Position numbers and translations under genes: made by a program. DNA of 64,000 nucleotides from Nitrososphaerota archaeon (GTDB lineage: Archaea > Thermoproteota > EX4484-205 > JAAOZP01), in contig JAAOZP010000017.1 of assembly GCA_011605725.1 (NCBI GenBank), forward strand, positions 96,001-160,000. Reading direction: 5' to 3'. Shown here piece after piece: positions 1 through 10,163 of this stretch (position 1 is its first letter; every line of letters begins with the position of its first letter). The notes beneath the pieces were generated by a model that saw only the letters and a list, made by a program, of their open reading frames with translations, was not told the origin of the DNA and searched no databases.

Positions 1-4
1 AAGC

Positions 5-685
5 GTGGATTTCTCCGGAAAGCCTTTAAAAGTGGTGGCTGGCGGAGTAGCTTACGAGAGTCATGCAGTAATAATCGCGACTGGAGCCTCTCCGAAGGAG
101 CTTGGTGTAGAGGGGGAAGAAAGATTAAAGGGGAAAGGAGTTTCAAACTGTGCTGTCTGCGACGGTGCTTTCTTTAAAGATAAGACTGTTGTAGTCGTTG
201 GTGGCGGCGACTCCGCGATGGAGGAGGCAATCTTCCTGACTAAGTTTGCGAAGAAAGTTAAGGTTATTCATAGGAGAAGCGAGCTTAGAGCGTCAAAGAT
301 ACTGCAGGAAAGAGCATTTAGCAATCCAAAGATAGAATTCGTATGGAACAGCGTGGTGGAGGAGATTCTTGGAAAGGAGCATGTTGAAGGAGTAAGAGTG
401 AAAAGGGTTGACACTGGAGAGGTGTTTGAAATTAAGTGTGACGGTGTTTTCGTGTCGATAGGGTATAGGCCCAACACTGAACTTTTTAAAGGATGGGTAG
501 AGATGGATGAGAAAGGATATGTAGTTGCTAAAGATTTTACAGAGACCAGTGTCGAAGGAGTTTTCGTGGCCGGTGAAGCCAAGGACCACCGTTACCGCCA
601 GGCTATTACTGCAGCAGGTGAAGGATGCCAAGCGGCACTGGATGCAATAAAATACGTTGAAGATATTAAAAACCGTTCTAAATAG
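5..685 (+). CDS. trxB: Thioredoxin-disulfide reductase, 5'-truncated by the window edge
   Basis: IIATGA, redox motif CAVCDG, GGGDSAMEEA, HRR, TSVEGVFVAG, YRQAITAAGEG. Confidence 0.95.
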   Translation: MDFSGKPLKVVAGGVAYESHAVIIATGASPKELGVEGEERLKGKGVSNCAVCDGAFFKDKTVVVVGGGDSAMEEAIFLTKFAKKVKVIHRRSELRASKILQERAFSNPKIEFVWNSVVEEILGKEHVEGVRVKRVDTGEVFEIKCDGVFVSIGYRPNTELFKGWVEMDEKGYVVAKDFTETSVEGVFVAGEAKDHRYRQAITAAGEGCQAALDAIKYVEDIKNRSK

Positions 686-808
686 GGAGCGATGGGGCGC
701 GCTAAAAACACCCTGTTTCTCTTAAAGCGTTAGAAAAGCTGGGAGTCACCTTAGCCCTGTCTAAGAGGGAGGGAAAAGTTTAAACTTAAACGCTAACAAT
801 ACTCTATC

Positions 809-1825
809 GTGAAGGAGGCTGTTCTCTGGCATAAAGAAGGAGATAGATTAAGATGCGACTTATGTGGCAGACGTTGCCTAATAGCAGACGGGGCTTTAGG
901 CGTATGCCTCGTAAGGAAGAATATTGACGGGAAGCTTTACAGCCTGAACTATGGCAGGCTTGTAGCTCTACACGTTGACCCGATTGAGAAGAAGCCGTTG
1001 TTCCATTTTCAGCCTGGAAGCTTCACTTTCTCAATAGCCAGCGCCGGGTGTAACTTTGCATGCAGGTTTTGCGATAACTATGATATAAGCCAGGTTTATC
1101 GTGACAGGAAGCTGGAGCAGGTTCTTGGCGAGGAATATACTCCGGAGGATGTTGTTAACCAGGCTTTGTCAGAAGGCTGCAGGATAATAAGCTATACTTA
1201 CACTGAGCCAACAATATTCTTCGAGTTCGCCTACGATACTGCCAGGCTTGCTCACGAGAAGGGTATTAAGAATACTTTCGTCACTAACGGTTACATGACG
1301 CCTGAAGCCGTTAAAATGATTGCACCATACTTGGATGCCGCTACCGTGGATTTCAAGTGCTCAGGAGACCCTGACTGCTACAAGAAGATAATAGGCGTAC
1401 CAGATGTAGCGCCAATATATGAGTGTCTGATCGAGATGAAGAAGCAGAATATTTTCATCGAAATCACAAACCTAGTTATTCCAGGATTTGACGATGAAAT
1501 GTCTAGTTTTAAGAATCTAGTCAAACGGATTAGAGACAATCTTGGTGACGAAATCCCCATACATATACTCAGGTTCTTCCCGGCGTACAGGTTCTCAGAC
1601 ATTCCAGAAACACCACTAGAAAGTCTTAGAAAAACATATGAAATCGCTAGGAAAGAAGGAATGAAATTTGTTTATCTAGGGAATGTTCCGGGTCAGGGTG
1701 AGAATACTTACTGTCCGAGCTGCGGAGAGCTTTTGATCGAAAGATTCGGATTGATGATGAGCCGTAACAGGCTTAAAGGAGACAAATGTCCTAAATGCGG
1801 GACAAAAATACCTGTCGTCATATAA
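809..1825 (+). CDS. amrS: AmmeMemoRadiSam-system radical SAM enzyme (PFL-activating-enzyme-like)
   Basis: N-terminal CxxCxxxC..C, VDPIEKKPLFHF, CNFACRFC, SYTYTEP, C-terminal CPSC/CPKC; TATA-like AAAAGTTTAAA ~30 nt upstream. Confidence 0.9.
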   Translation: MKEAVLWHKEGDRLRCDLCGRRCLIADGALGVCLVRKNIDGKLYSLNYGRLVALHVDPIEKKPLFHFQPGSFTFSIASAGCNFACRFCDNYDISQVYRDRKLEQVLGEEYTPEDVVNQALSEGCRIISYTYTEPTIFFEFAYDTARLAHEKGIKNTFVTNGYMTPEAVKMIAPYLDAATVDFKCSGDPDCYKKIIGVPDVAPIYECLIEMKKQNIFIEITNLVIPGFDDEMSSFKNLVKRIRDNLGDEIPIHILRFFPAYRFSDIPETPLESLRKTYEIARKEGMKFVYLGNVPGQGENTYCPSCGELLIERFGLMMSRNRLKGDKCPKCGTKIPVVI

Positions 1826-1826
1826 T

Positions 1827-2477
1827 CTAGCTACTCGTAAATATGCCTCTTGATTCCAGGAGTTGTTTCACCCTCTTCTTTCTCGACAATTCCTCCCTTT
1901 CTATTTCCTCCAGCTTTGACATTATCTTCTTCCTCTGGAGAGAAAGACCCGGGATTAAAACATGATCCAATGCTTTAGACCTTATTTCTATCTTTTTAAG
2001 TTCCTTGGTTAAAAACCTCTGGCGAACAGAAAGGTTAACATAATGTATTAGAGTGGTTTTGAAAAACTCATGCATCAACTCTGAGACCTGGTCGAGACTC
2101 TCGCTCGTCTCGAAAGGAGAGTATCCTCTGTCCTCTATCTTCGGAAGGCTTTTAGAATAAGAGATCTTGGGCATTAAGACCCCCTTTAAATTGTCCCATG
2201 TAAGACCTACATCGTCCAGCCTAGTTGTGGCCGCTGCAGCCCTTTTTACAATGTCTTCACCAAGCTCTTCTTCAACCTTATCTAGAAGCCCGTATATTCT
2301 AGGTAATTCTGTGTTAATTTTTATCGCAATCCCTTTGAGCTCGTCTCTGTTTTTAAGAAGCTCTTGATTAAGCAGTTGATATCTTTGTTTCAGAATCCTC
2401 GAGCTTCTAAGAGCTACGTTGAGTAGCTTATTCAGCTTAATCAGTTCGTACCTCGTAGGTTTAAAGACTAGGCTCAT
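1827..2477 (-). CDS. atpD: A/V-type ATP synthase subunit D
   Basis: [34 protein letters not shown]; last gene of the ATPase operon. Confidence 0.9.
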   Translation of the reverse strand: MSLVFKPTRYELIKLNKLLNVALRSSRILKQRYQLLNQELLKNRDELKGIAIKINTELPRIYGLLDKVEEELGEDIVKRAAAATTRLDDVGLTWDNLKGVLMPKISYSKSLPKIEDRGYSPFETSESLDQVSELMHEFFKTTLIHYVNLSVRQRFLTKELKKIEIRSKALDHVLIPGLSLQRKKIMSKLEEIEREELSRKKRVKQLLESRGIFTSS

Positions 2478-3790
2478 TTTAGAACAGAAAGCACGTCTAA
2501 CCCGAGATTTAAGGTTTCATCTATGCTTCTCTCTTCGTAGGCTCCTTGATTGATAAACTTTCTTTCAAAAACCTCAGAGAATTTAACATACCTCCTCTCT
2601 TCAGCCGTTAGAGCATCTTCGCCGAGTATCGTTGAAAGCTCCTTATTTCTTAAGCCTTCAGCATACGCTGATAGAAGGCGCGTGTAAATCTCAAAATGGT
2701 CTTTCCTCGTATACCCTTCACCAACACCATCCTTCATTAACCTAGATAATGATGCTAGAACGTTCATAGGCGGATAAATCCCGGAAAGATGTAGACTTCT
2801 GTCTAGAACTATCTGACCCTCAGTTATGTATCCGGTTAAATCCGGTATAGGGTGAGTAATATCGTCGTCCGGCATACTTAATATCGGCATCTGCGTTAAG
2901 GAGCCGTTTTTCCCAGAAACTATTCCCGCCCTCTCATAAATGCTTGCTAAGTCAGTATACATATAACCAGGATACCCTCTTCTGCCAGGTATCTCTCCCC
3001 TAGCTAGGCTAGCTTCCCTTAATGCTTCACAATAGTTACTCATATCGCTCATTACAACTAGGACATGATACTCTTTTTCGAAGGCAAGATACTCCGCTAT
3101 GGTTAATGCGACCCTAGGAGCAATGATTCTTTCAATAGTTGAATCGCTTTGAAGATTCAATATGAACACTGTCCTATCCAACACATGTGCTCTCTCCAAC
3201 TCCACGCGGAAGAAATCTGCTTCCTCATAAGAAGCCCCAAGCGTCAGGAAAACAACCGCGAAGGATTCCTGTTTTTTCAGAAGCTTAGCCTGTCTAACTA
3301 TTTGGGAAACAATCGTGTTATGTGGTAGGCCATAGGCGCTGAAAACCGGCAGTTTCTGACCTCTTATCAGGGATGATAAACCATCTATGGCTGAGATCCC
3401 GGTTTGAATAAAATCCCTAGGGGGTGAACGCGTCACAGGGTTTATCGGGTAACCGTTTACATCAAACTTTTCGCCAAAAATATCCGGCCCACCGTCGATT
3501 GCGTTGCCCATACTGTTCAAAACTCTTCCGAAAACCTCTTCACTCACAGGGATTCTCAAAGTGTCTCCTGTAAATCTGACGTAGGATCTGCCTATTGAAA
3601 TTCCAGCTGTGCCCTGCATAACCTGAATAACAGCAGCCCTCCCTTCCACTCCTATCACCTGGCCGAGTCTAGTTTCACCATCGACATCTATTTCCACGAT
3701 CTCGTTCAGCTTCACGCCATGAACATTATCAACTATTATCAAAGGCCCATTTATTGCTACGATGCTCCTGTATTTTACTGGTTTAGCCAT
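2474..3790 (-). CDS. atpB: A/V-type ATP synthase subunit B
   Basis: [60 protein letters not shown]; start taken at ATG 3790. Confidence 0.97.
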   Translation of the reverse strand: MAKPVKYRSIVAINGPLIIVDNVHGVKLNEIVEIDVDGETRLGQVIGVEGRAAVIQVMQGTAGISIGRSYVRFTGDTLRIPVSEEVFGRVLNSMGNAIDGGPDIFGEKFDVNGYPINPVTRSPPRDFIQTGISAIDGLSSLIRGQKLPVFSAYGLPHNTIVSQIVRQAKLLKKQESFAVVFLTLGASYEEADFFRVELERAHVLDRTVFILNLQSDSTIERIIAPRVALTIAEYLAFEKEYHVLVVMSDMSNYCEALREASLARGEIPGRRGYPGYMYTDLASIYERAGIVSGKNGSLTQMPILSMPDDDITHPIPDLTGYITEGQIVLDRSLHLSGIYPPMNVLASLSRLMKDGVGEGYTRKDHFEIYTRLLSAYAEGLRNKELSTILGEDALTAEERRYVKFSEVFERKFINQGAYEERSIDETLNLGLDVLSVLK

Positions 3791-5558
3791 ACTGAGCATT
3801 CACCGGTCTCTGCAGCTCTGAGAATTTTCCAATAATCCTTTCTTTAATCTGTGTCGCCGCATCAATCAACTTATCCAGAGGCAGACGCTTAAGCTCCAGT
3901 ATTTCCCTGTTTATATTTGGGTCAAGAGCCCTTTCTAAAGGAATGTTGTTTGAAACAGCTTCAAACAAATGTTCCCTGTAATAATCGATTACCTCGGCAA
4001 TCATAATGGTCTTTCTAGGATCCGAGTAAGCATCTTTTTCGTCGAGGGCGCTTTGCTTCAGAAAAGCCTCTCTAGTTAGTGTTGAGACCTCTATAACTGC
4101 TCTTTCACGATCACTTAGAGCACTAATCCCCATTAACCTTACTATTTGCATCAACTCGTCCTCCTCTCTTAAAATGCTTAACATATTTTCCCTGAGGATC
4201 TTCCATTTTTCGCTCACGTTCAACTCCCACCAGAAGGCGACGTTCTCCAGGTAAAGAGAGTAGCTTTGCAGCCAGTTTATAGCTGGGAAATGGCGTCTGT
4301 AAGCCAATTCTGAATCCAGAGCCCAGAATACTTTTACTGTTTGAAGAGTCTTCTGGGTAACAGGCTCGCTGAAGTCCCCGCCTGGTGGAGAAACCGCGCC
4401 CATTATCGTTAATGATCCTACCCTGCCGTTTAAAGTGGTGACCTTACCCGCTCTACTGTAGAAGCTTTGGAGACGTGAAGTAAGGTATGCGGGGAAACCT
4501 TCTTCCCCTGGAAGCTCTTCCATTCTTGAACTTAACTCTCTAAGGGCCTCAGCCCACCTGGACGTGGAGTCGGTGATTAAAACAACATTATAACCCATAT
4601 CCCTAAAATACTCGGCAAAAGTTATCCCTAGGAATATGCTTGACTCTCTGGCTGCAACAGGCATATTGCTAGTGTTGGCTATTATTATCGACCTCTCCAT
4701 TAACGGTCTACCGCTTCTCATATCAATCAGGCTCTTGTATTTCTCTAAAAGATCTGCCATTTCGTTACCTCTTTCCCCACAGCCGACATAAATCACCACA
4801 TCAGCGTCAACTTGCTTTGAAACCTGCTGTAGAGTCATCGTCTTACCTGAGCCGAATGGCCCGGGGATTGCTGCAGTACCTCCTTTAGCTATAGGAAACA
4901 TGAAATCTATGATCCTTACTCCAGTTATAAGCGGCTCATCAGGATCCAGTTTCTCCCTAAACGGCCTAGGAACTTTAACGGGCCATTCATGCGCCATCTT
5001 AACATCTAATACTTTTCCCTGAGAATCCTTAACCTCGGCTATCTTGTCAAGGATCGTGTAGTCTCCCTCGTTAGCCAAGTAAACCAGGTTCCCTCTAACA
5101 TTCGGGGGAACGAGAATCATATGCGTTAGTGATTTTGTCTCCTCAACCTTTCCAATCACCTCCCCTCCAAACACCTGGTTCGGAGGATTATCCACAGGTA
5201 TGAAACGCCATTTCTTCTCATGGTCAAGTCTTCTCGTACGCACACCCGCCTTAACGAATGAATCTGCCTGCTTAACAATTTCTTCAAGAGGCCTTTGCAG
5301 CCCATCGTATACTTGAGTCAACAAACCTGGACCAAGCTCGGCGGAAAGTAAACGACCTAGCGCTACAACCTTCTCCCCGTATCCGAGGCCACTAGTATCC
5401 TCATACACCTGTATGAAAACCCTGTTTACGCTAATTCTATTCACCTCACCTATTAAACCCTTTTCACCTATTAAGACAACTTCCCCCATGATAGGCGATG
5501 GAATGTCTTCAGCAATGACTACAAACCCCGAGACTTTTATAACCTTTCCTTCTCTCGT
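3783..5558 (-). CDS. atpA: A/V-type ATP synthase catalytic subunit A (probable ACG start at 5558; first ATG at 5489)
   Basis: P-loop [51 protein letters not shown]; the conserved N-terminus [15 protein letters not shown] continues upstream of ATG 5489. Confidence 0.96.
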   Translation of the reverse strand, partial: TREGKVIKVSGFVVIAEDIPSPIMGEVVLIGEKGLIGEVNRISVNRVFIQVYEDTSGLGYGEKVVALGRLLSAELGPGLLTQVYDGLQRPLEEIVKQADSFVKAGVRTRRLDHEKKWRFIPVDNPPNQVFGGEVIGKVEETKSLTHMILVPPNVRGNLVYLANEGDYTILDKIAEVKDSQGKVLDVKMAHEWPVKVPRPFREKLDPDEPLITGVRIIDFMFPIAKGGTAAIPGPFGSGKTMTLQQVSKQVDADVVIYVGCGERGNEMADLLEKYKSLIDMRSGRPLMERSIIIANTSNMPVAARESSIFLGITFAEYFRDMGYNVVLITDSTSRWAEALRELSSRMEELPGEEGFPAYLTSRLQSFYSRAGKVTTLNGRVGSLTIMGAVSPPGGDFSEPVTQKTLQTVKVFWALDSELAYRRHFPAINWLQSYSLYLENVAFWWELNVSEKWKILRENMLSILREEDELMQIVRLMGISALSDRERAVIEVSTLTREAFLKQSALDEKDAYSDPRKTIMIAEVIDYYREHLFEAVSNNIPLERALDPNINREILELKRLPLDKLIDAATQIKERIIGKFSELQRPVNAQYG

Positions 5559-5565
5559 TGTGTTT

Positions 5566-5775
5566 TCACCTCCTCCTGGGGATCCTAATTAGAATCGGTA
5601 GATCCTTATCATAATCGTAAGGATAGTATTCGTCCGCCACCAGGAAGACGCAAACATCTTTGCTTTCCTTAACTATTCTTAAAACATCCTCCCTGCTTGC
5701 TACTACCTTTCCCCTTATTCCCGCTAACGAGAAAGCAACCACTGTTCTCTCATCACCTAAAACTTCTATTTTCAT
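5566..5775 (-). CDS. atpF: A/V-type ATP synthase subunit F (short)
   Basis: MKIEVLGDERTVVAFSLAGI...PILIRIP; lies between C and A. Confidence 0.88.
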   Translation of the reverse strand: MKIEVLGDERTVVAFSLAGIRGKVVASREDVLRIVKESKDVCVFLVADEYYPYDYDKDLPILIRIPRRR

Positions 5776-5777
5776 TC

Positions 5778-6524
5778 TCAAACTACACCTCTTTTTCCAA
5801 TCATACATTCATGCGATACTATAAAGTCCATGAGTCCCGCGAACCCAGAATCATAGTTTTTACAAACACTACGATAGTAGTTTTGCAAGCTAATCCTATC
5901 TCTAACCCCATACAGTTCAAACATTCTTTCAGCCAGCTTCTGCTCGTTCATAAGGTCTTTAACAGACAGTAGCCCACATGGTATGAAGAATCTTTCAAAA
6001 TCCGAAACCCTCTTCAGGAGTCTTAGATTTAACAGATCCACCTTGACTGCTACGAGCATTTTAGCAAGCTCGTCGTCTGGCTTTTTGGGAAGAATGTTGC
6101 TAAACCATGAAAAGTAGAATTTATCAATGTTAGAGGCGAAATCGCTGTAACTAACAAGGTTTTCAAAATCCTCTCTCCTCATACCGTCGAAAGTATCTGA
6201 TAGAAGGCCCAGTAGTCCCGTTATGTCTCCATTGCTCACTATATCTAGCAATCTCTCTTTTCTAATCCTTATAAATGGTCTTGAGAATTCGTATCGAACA
6301 CCCCCAAGTATTTGTGCAATAGCATCCTTTATGTTTTCAAAATCATTTCTCAAAATCCACCATTCTACAAAGGGTCTCGCATCCTCCGGGAGGAAATCGA
6401 TCAGATTCAACAATCCAGAGTAAAGTATAGAAAGCCTCTCCCTTTCTCCTTCAGCTGAACGTAATCGAGTATCTAAAAAGGTTAACCTGGTTTCCACGTA
6501 GGAGTAATTACCAGTCTCCAGCAT
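5778..6524 (-). CDS. atpC: A/V-type ATP synthase subunit C (shortened, divergent)
   Basis: N-terminal YSYVETRL, DFENIK, KVDLLNL..L, FIPCG; operon position. Confidence 0.75.
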   Translation of the reverse strand: MLETGNYSYVETRLTFLDTRLRSAEGERERLSILYSGLLNLIDFLPEDARPFVEWWILRNDFENIKDAIAQILGGVRYEFSRPFIRIRKERLLDIVSNGDITGLLGLLSDTFDGMRREDFENLVSYSDFASNIDKFYFSWFSNILPKKPDDELAKMLVAVKVDLLNLRLLKRVSDFERFFIPCGLLSVKDLMNEQKLAERMFELYGVRDRISLQNYYRSVCKNYDSGFAGLMDFIVSHECMIGKRGVV

Positions 6525-7146
6525 TCAGATCACCAAAAATAAGATTATAAAGTTCTTCTCTTATTGTTTTATACTGAAGTTTAATTCTATTCTCAATTGT
6601 TTCATCAACTTCTTGAAGGCTGTCTCCAGAAACTATTACTACCCCACCTACGGTTGTTAAATCCGGAATTATCTTAAACCTTTTTCCATCGTAAGGCTTG
6701 ATGAGATGTTTAACTATCTTCTCGTCTCTTTTGTCGATATGAAGAATTATTTCTTCTCCGCTAACCATATCGAGAGCATTGGCTATGGCTTTCGATAGAA
6801 AAGCCTTATAACGCTCCTCTTGCTCCCTTATCTTTTGAAGAGCAGAAATAGCGGCGGAGATTATAGAGTCGATTAAGCTCCACACATGGTCATAAACTCT
6901 TTTCCTATACTCCATTTTTATTTTTATAAGTTCCTGCTCCTTAAACCTTTCTAAATCCTCTACTCCTTGCTTGATTAATTTTCTTTTTTTCTCTTCAGCA
7001 TTTTTCCTAGCGCGGGCAATAATTTCTTCAGCATTCCTCCTCGCTTCGCTAAGCATTTTTTCTCTAACTTCTTCAGCCTGTTCCAGTATTCTTCTCGAAA
7101 TATTTTCAGAAGCCTTTAAAGTCGTCAGAATACTTGAGTCGTTCAT
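6508..7146 (-). CDS. atpE: A/V-type ATP synthase subunit E
   Basis: Charged N-terminal coiled coil, C-terminal GGVVIVS..G...VDETIENRI. Confidence 0.88.
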   Translation of the reverse strand: MNDSSILTTLKASENISRRILEQAEEVREKMLSEARRNAEEIIARARKNAEEKKRKLIKQGVEDLERFKEQELIKIKMEYRKRVYDHVWSLIDSIISAAISALQKIREQEERYKAFLSKAIANALDMVSGEEIILHIDKRDEKIVKHLIKPYDGKRFKIIPDLTTVGGVVIVSGDSLQEVDETIENRIKLQYKTIREELYNLIFGDLNAGDW

Positions 7147-7481
7147 GCCTCCAGCACCCTTTTTATAACCAGTTCAACACTCTCGTTTCTCTTATCGTTA
7201 ATGATTTTTTCAAATCTTTTTAAAAAACTTTGAAGTTTCTCTTCACAAGATTTTCTATAGTTCTCGATTTCACTCTCAACCTTCTTCTCATATCTCTTAA
7301 CCTCTTCCTCCGCCTCTCTGTCGGCTTCAACTTCTATTTTAACAGCTTCTTCCTCAGCCTCCAGTATTATTTTATCAGCCTCCTTCTTAGCATGTTCAAT
7401 AATGCTCTTAGCCTTCTCCTCGATTTTCATCAGGTTCTCCAATTCTCTGTAAAAATCTTCCTCCCGAATAAAAGTTGTCAA
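7143..7481 (-). CDS. A/V-type ATP synthase peripheral stalk subunit H/G
   Basis: 112-aa E/K/A-rich coiled coil (IEEKAKSIIEHAKKEADKII) within the ATPase operon. Confidence 0.75.
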   Translation of the reverse strand: MTTFIREEDFYRELENLMKIEEKAKSIIEHAKKEADKIILEAEEEAVKIEVEADREAEEEVKRYEKKVESEIENYRKSCEEKLQSFLKRFEKIINDKRNESVELVIKRVLEA

Positions 7482-7482
7482 A

Positions 7483-8181
7483 CTAAAGCATCCCCACTCC
7501 TCTTAGAAGCAGGATTGCGACAAGCAGACCGTATATTGCTATGCTTTCAATCAAGACGACAAAGACGATACTTTTACCGAACGAGTCTTCATCCTTTAGG
7601 AGAGAGGAAATCGCCTTTGCACCTGTTTTACCTAAATAATAGCCAGAGCCACCAGTTATGCATACGACTATTGAGGATACTAATGAGGTGTATGCAGAGA
7701 CGCTGTCAACCTGATGAGGCACTCCAGCCCCACTAAGTAAGCCAACCCCTCTTATTATCACTATCGAGACCAGAAGACCATATATCACTATGCTTTCAGG
7801 TAAAACAGTAAATATCAAAGATTTTCCGAAAAGTTCCTCCCTCTCGCGTATAGCGCCTATGGCGGCTGAACCAGCGATCCCTATGCCTAAGCCTGAGAAT
7901 AAGCCGGTTAAGCCGACTGATAAACCTGATCCGAGTAAGGATATTGAGGTGTTGAAGTCATTCACATTGCTTCCATTCATTATTAGAAAGAGAGCTACTA
8001 GTAGGCCATAAATAACAGGTGTCTCAGCAAGAACAGTGAAAACCAAGGCTAACCCGAATCTCTCAGGCTTCTCCGCAATCATTCTTGAGCTTACTGAAGC
8101 AGTCATAGCAATACCGAGTATAGACCCTACTCCTGAAAAGCCGATAGCGGACAGCACGGAGATCAGCGTGAGTACATCCAT
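7483..8181 (-). CDS. atpK: A/V-type ATP synthase proteolipid subunit K/c with three hairpin repeats
   Basis: Three repeats of FG.(A/S)..F.VL.E(T/S)..IYGLLV. Confidence 0.93.
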   Translation of the reverse strand: MDVLTLISVLSAIGFSGVGSILGIAMTASVSSRMIAEKPERFGLALVFTVLAETPVIYGLLVALFLIMNGSNVNDFNTSISLLGSGLSVGLTGLFSGLGIGIAGSAAIGAIREREELFGKSLIFTVLPESIVIYGLLVSIVIIRGVGLLSGAGVPHQVDSVSAYTSLVSSIVVCITGGSGYYLGKTGAKAISSLLKDEDSFGKSIVFVVLIESIAIYGLLVAILLLRGVGML

Positions 8182-8206
8182 TTCACATAGCCTTCTATGT
8201 TTTTAA

Positions 8207-10048
8207 CTATGGGAATGACAATGGTTTAAAAACATTTCCCGTGGGCTCGAAAAACTTACTGAAAAACTCGACGAAATGAAGCCTTAAAGAATGGGCAAAC
8301 GCGATGAAACTCTCTATGAAAACTATGAAAAAGTGGGTTATTAACAGTATTATGCCGCCTGCCAGTAGGCCAAAGACCCCTCCTGAGAATAGTAATGGAG
8401 AAGCGAGAAGCGTGAATGCTCTCGATATTCCAGCATGAGATATGTTTATAGCGACTATCCTAGCGTATGAGACTACGTTGCTCACTAGCCTAGTAACCTC
8501 CATCAGATTTCTTGGATTAACTATCGTCAAGAGAATTAGGCCTGAGGCAGCGAATATTGAGCCGGAGTAAAGGTAGAAATCTCCATTCAAGTATTGTAAA
8601 TAGTACAGTAGGATTATGATTGAGCCGTGAAGTATCATGAGCCAAGCTAGTTTTTCTCCGAATGCGTTTTTCAACCTTTTCATTATAAGCTCGTTTACAA
8701 AGCCTATTGCAAGGCCTAACGTGAGCTGAATGACTCCGAGCAATATTGCTATTTGAAGGAAATACATCGGGTCTTCAAACCCGTTAAACCATATGACAGG
8801 TATTTTTATCGCATCACCCATGAATTCTCCTGTGAGAAATCCGAAGACTATTGAGGAAATGCTTATCGTAACCAGTATTTCGCTCAGCATCTTACCGTTA
8901 TGGCTTCTACTACCCAATCCCCGGTAGAGCAATAGCGAGAAGGTTAGAAGCAATATACCGTCGAAGACATCTGCAAACATTAATCCAAAGAATATCGCGT
9001 AAGTCAATGATAAAAACGGGGTTGGATCTATCTGCCTATAACCAGGTGCTCCGAACATTAGCATTATTGTTTCGAAGCTCCGGATAATCGGAGGGTTTTC
9101 AAAAGCGACCGGAGGATCATCCCATTTTTCAGGATCCTCGACTGAAAGCTCATAATTATATCCTTTTTTAAGCGTGGAAATAAGCTTCTCTAAATCTTTT
9201 TCTTTAACCCACCCTTCTAGATACGTGGAGGATCCTTTTCTGACGATTTTTTCTTTAGCCTCCAGTATTTCAATTCTTTTTAAAAGAACTTTTCTAAGTA
9301 AGAATATCTGTTGCTTCAGCGAGTTTACATCGACGATTTCCTCGATATCTTCAACCTCCTCGGTTTCAATCCCCTCCTTTTCCTCGGAAAGACTTGCAAC
9401 ACCGTAGCTGCTTAAAGCCCCCTCTAGGATTGAAAGGTTTTGAACAAGAGTAACGATCTTTACTTTGAAAACACCTTTTAAGACTCCGGATTCATTTAGT
9501 GAGACTAGACACTCCTTTCTAACAGACTCCGGTATTATTTCGATAAACCTATCTATGCTGCTCCTATTAATCCAGCCTTCCCATATGATCAGGTAGTCTG
9601 TCCTCCTGGTTCTTCTCAGCACGATAATGTTATTCTTCAATAGGGATGATATTCTTAGAGAAAGCTGTTTCTTTGTAGAAAGCTTCATCATTCTAAGTTT
9701 CTCTAATTTGTTAAGCTTATCCTCAGCATTGTTTAAAATACTTTGAGCATCAGCATAGATTTCATCCTCTTCCTCATCAGAAAATCCGATGCTGACGCCT
9801 CTTCCAACCAACTGGGCTATAATTCCTTCTTTAGGAAGCTTGTTCAATATAGTGTCACATCTTCTAACAAGGTTCAACAAGCCATTCTTCTCCACACTTA
9901 TATTAACATCTTTGTTAAATCCTGAGAGATTCTTTTCCACAGTCTTCACCTGTAATATCGCGAGCTTGCCTACTTCCCTTAGAAATCTATCTTCCTGCTC
10001 AGCGGGAAGCAGCAGTTTCACTTTCTTCATCCTAGCGGGCCTAAACAT
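8207..10048 (-). CDS. atpI: A/V-type ATP synthase subunit I/a
   Basis: MFRPARMKK, EGWV, PPVAFENP, IDPTP, FFGLMFAD, SYARIVA (essential Arg), HSLRLHFVEFFSKF. Confidence 0.95.
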   Translation of the reverse strand: MFRPARMKKVKLLLPAEQEDRFLREVGKLAILQVKTVEKNLSGFNKDVNISVEKNGLLNLVRRCDTILNKLPKEGIIAQLVGRGVSIGFSDEEEDEIYADAQSILNNAEDKLNKLEKLRMMKLSTKKQLSLRISSLLKNNIIVLRRTRRTDYLIIWEGWINRSSIDRFIEIIPESVRKECLVSLNESGVLKGVFKVKIVTLVQNLSILEGALSSYGVASLSEEKEGIETEEVEDIEEIVDVNSLKQQIFLLRKVLLKRIEILEAKEKIVRKGSSTYLEGWVKEKDLEKLISTLKKGYNYELSVEDPEKWDDPPVAFENPPIIRSFETIMLMFGAPGYRQIDPTPFLSLTYAIFFGLMFADVFDGILLLTFSLLLYRGLGSRSHNGKMLSEILVTISISSIVFGFLTGEFMGDAIKIPVIWFNGFEDPMYFLQIAILLGVIQLTLGLAIGFVNELIMKRLKNAFGEKLAWLMILHGSIIILLYYLQYLNGDFYLYSGSIFAASGLILLTIVNPRNLMEVTRLVSNVVSYARIVAINISHAGISRAFTLLASPLLFSGGVFGLLAGGIILLITHFFIVFIESFIAFAHSLRLHFVEFFSKFFEPTGNVFKPLSFP

Positions 10049-10163
10049 CCCGAGAGAATACGGGGACGAGTATTTAGGATTTTACGATGCTTCTTAAGGC
10101 TCTCCTTAAAAAAGGGACAACGATAACTATTAAATACCTTTCTAAGGGTTTCCTACTCTAGCC

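Noticed and set aside
809-1825. Possible complete AmmeMemoRadiSam system
   Set aside because: No AMMECR1 or Memo partner gene in the window; only the radical SAM enzyme is supported
7230-7736. 168-aa plus-strand ORF and the many other short ORFs nested antisense in long genes
   Set aside because: Shadows of well-supported genes on the opposite strand
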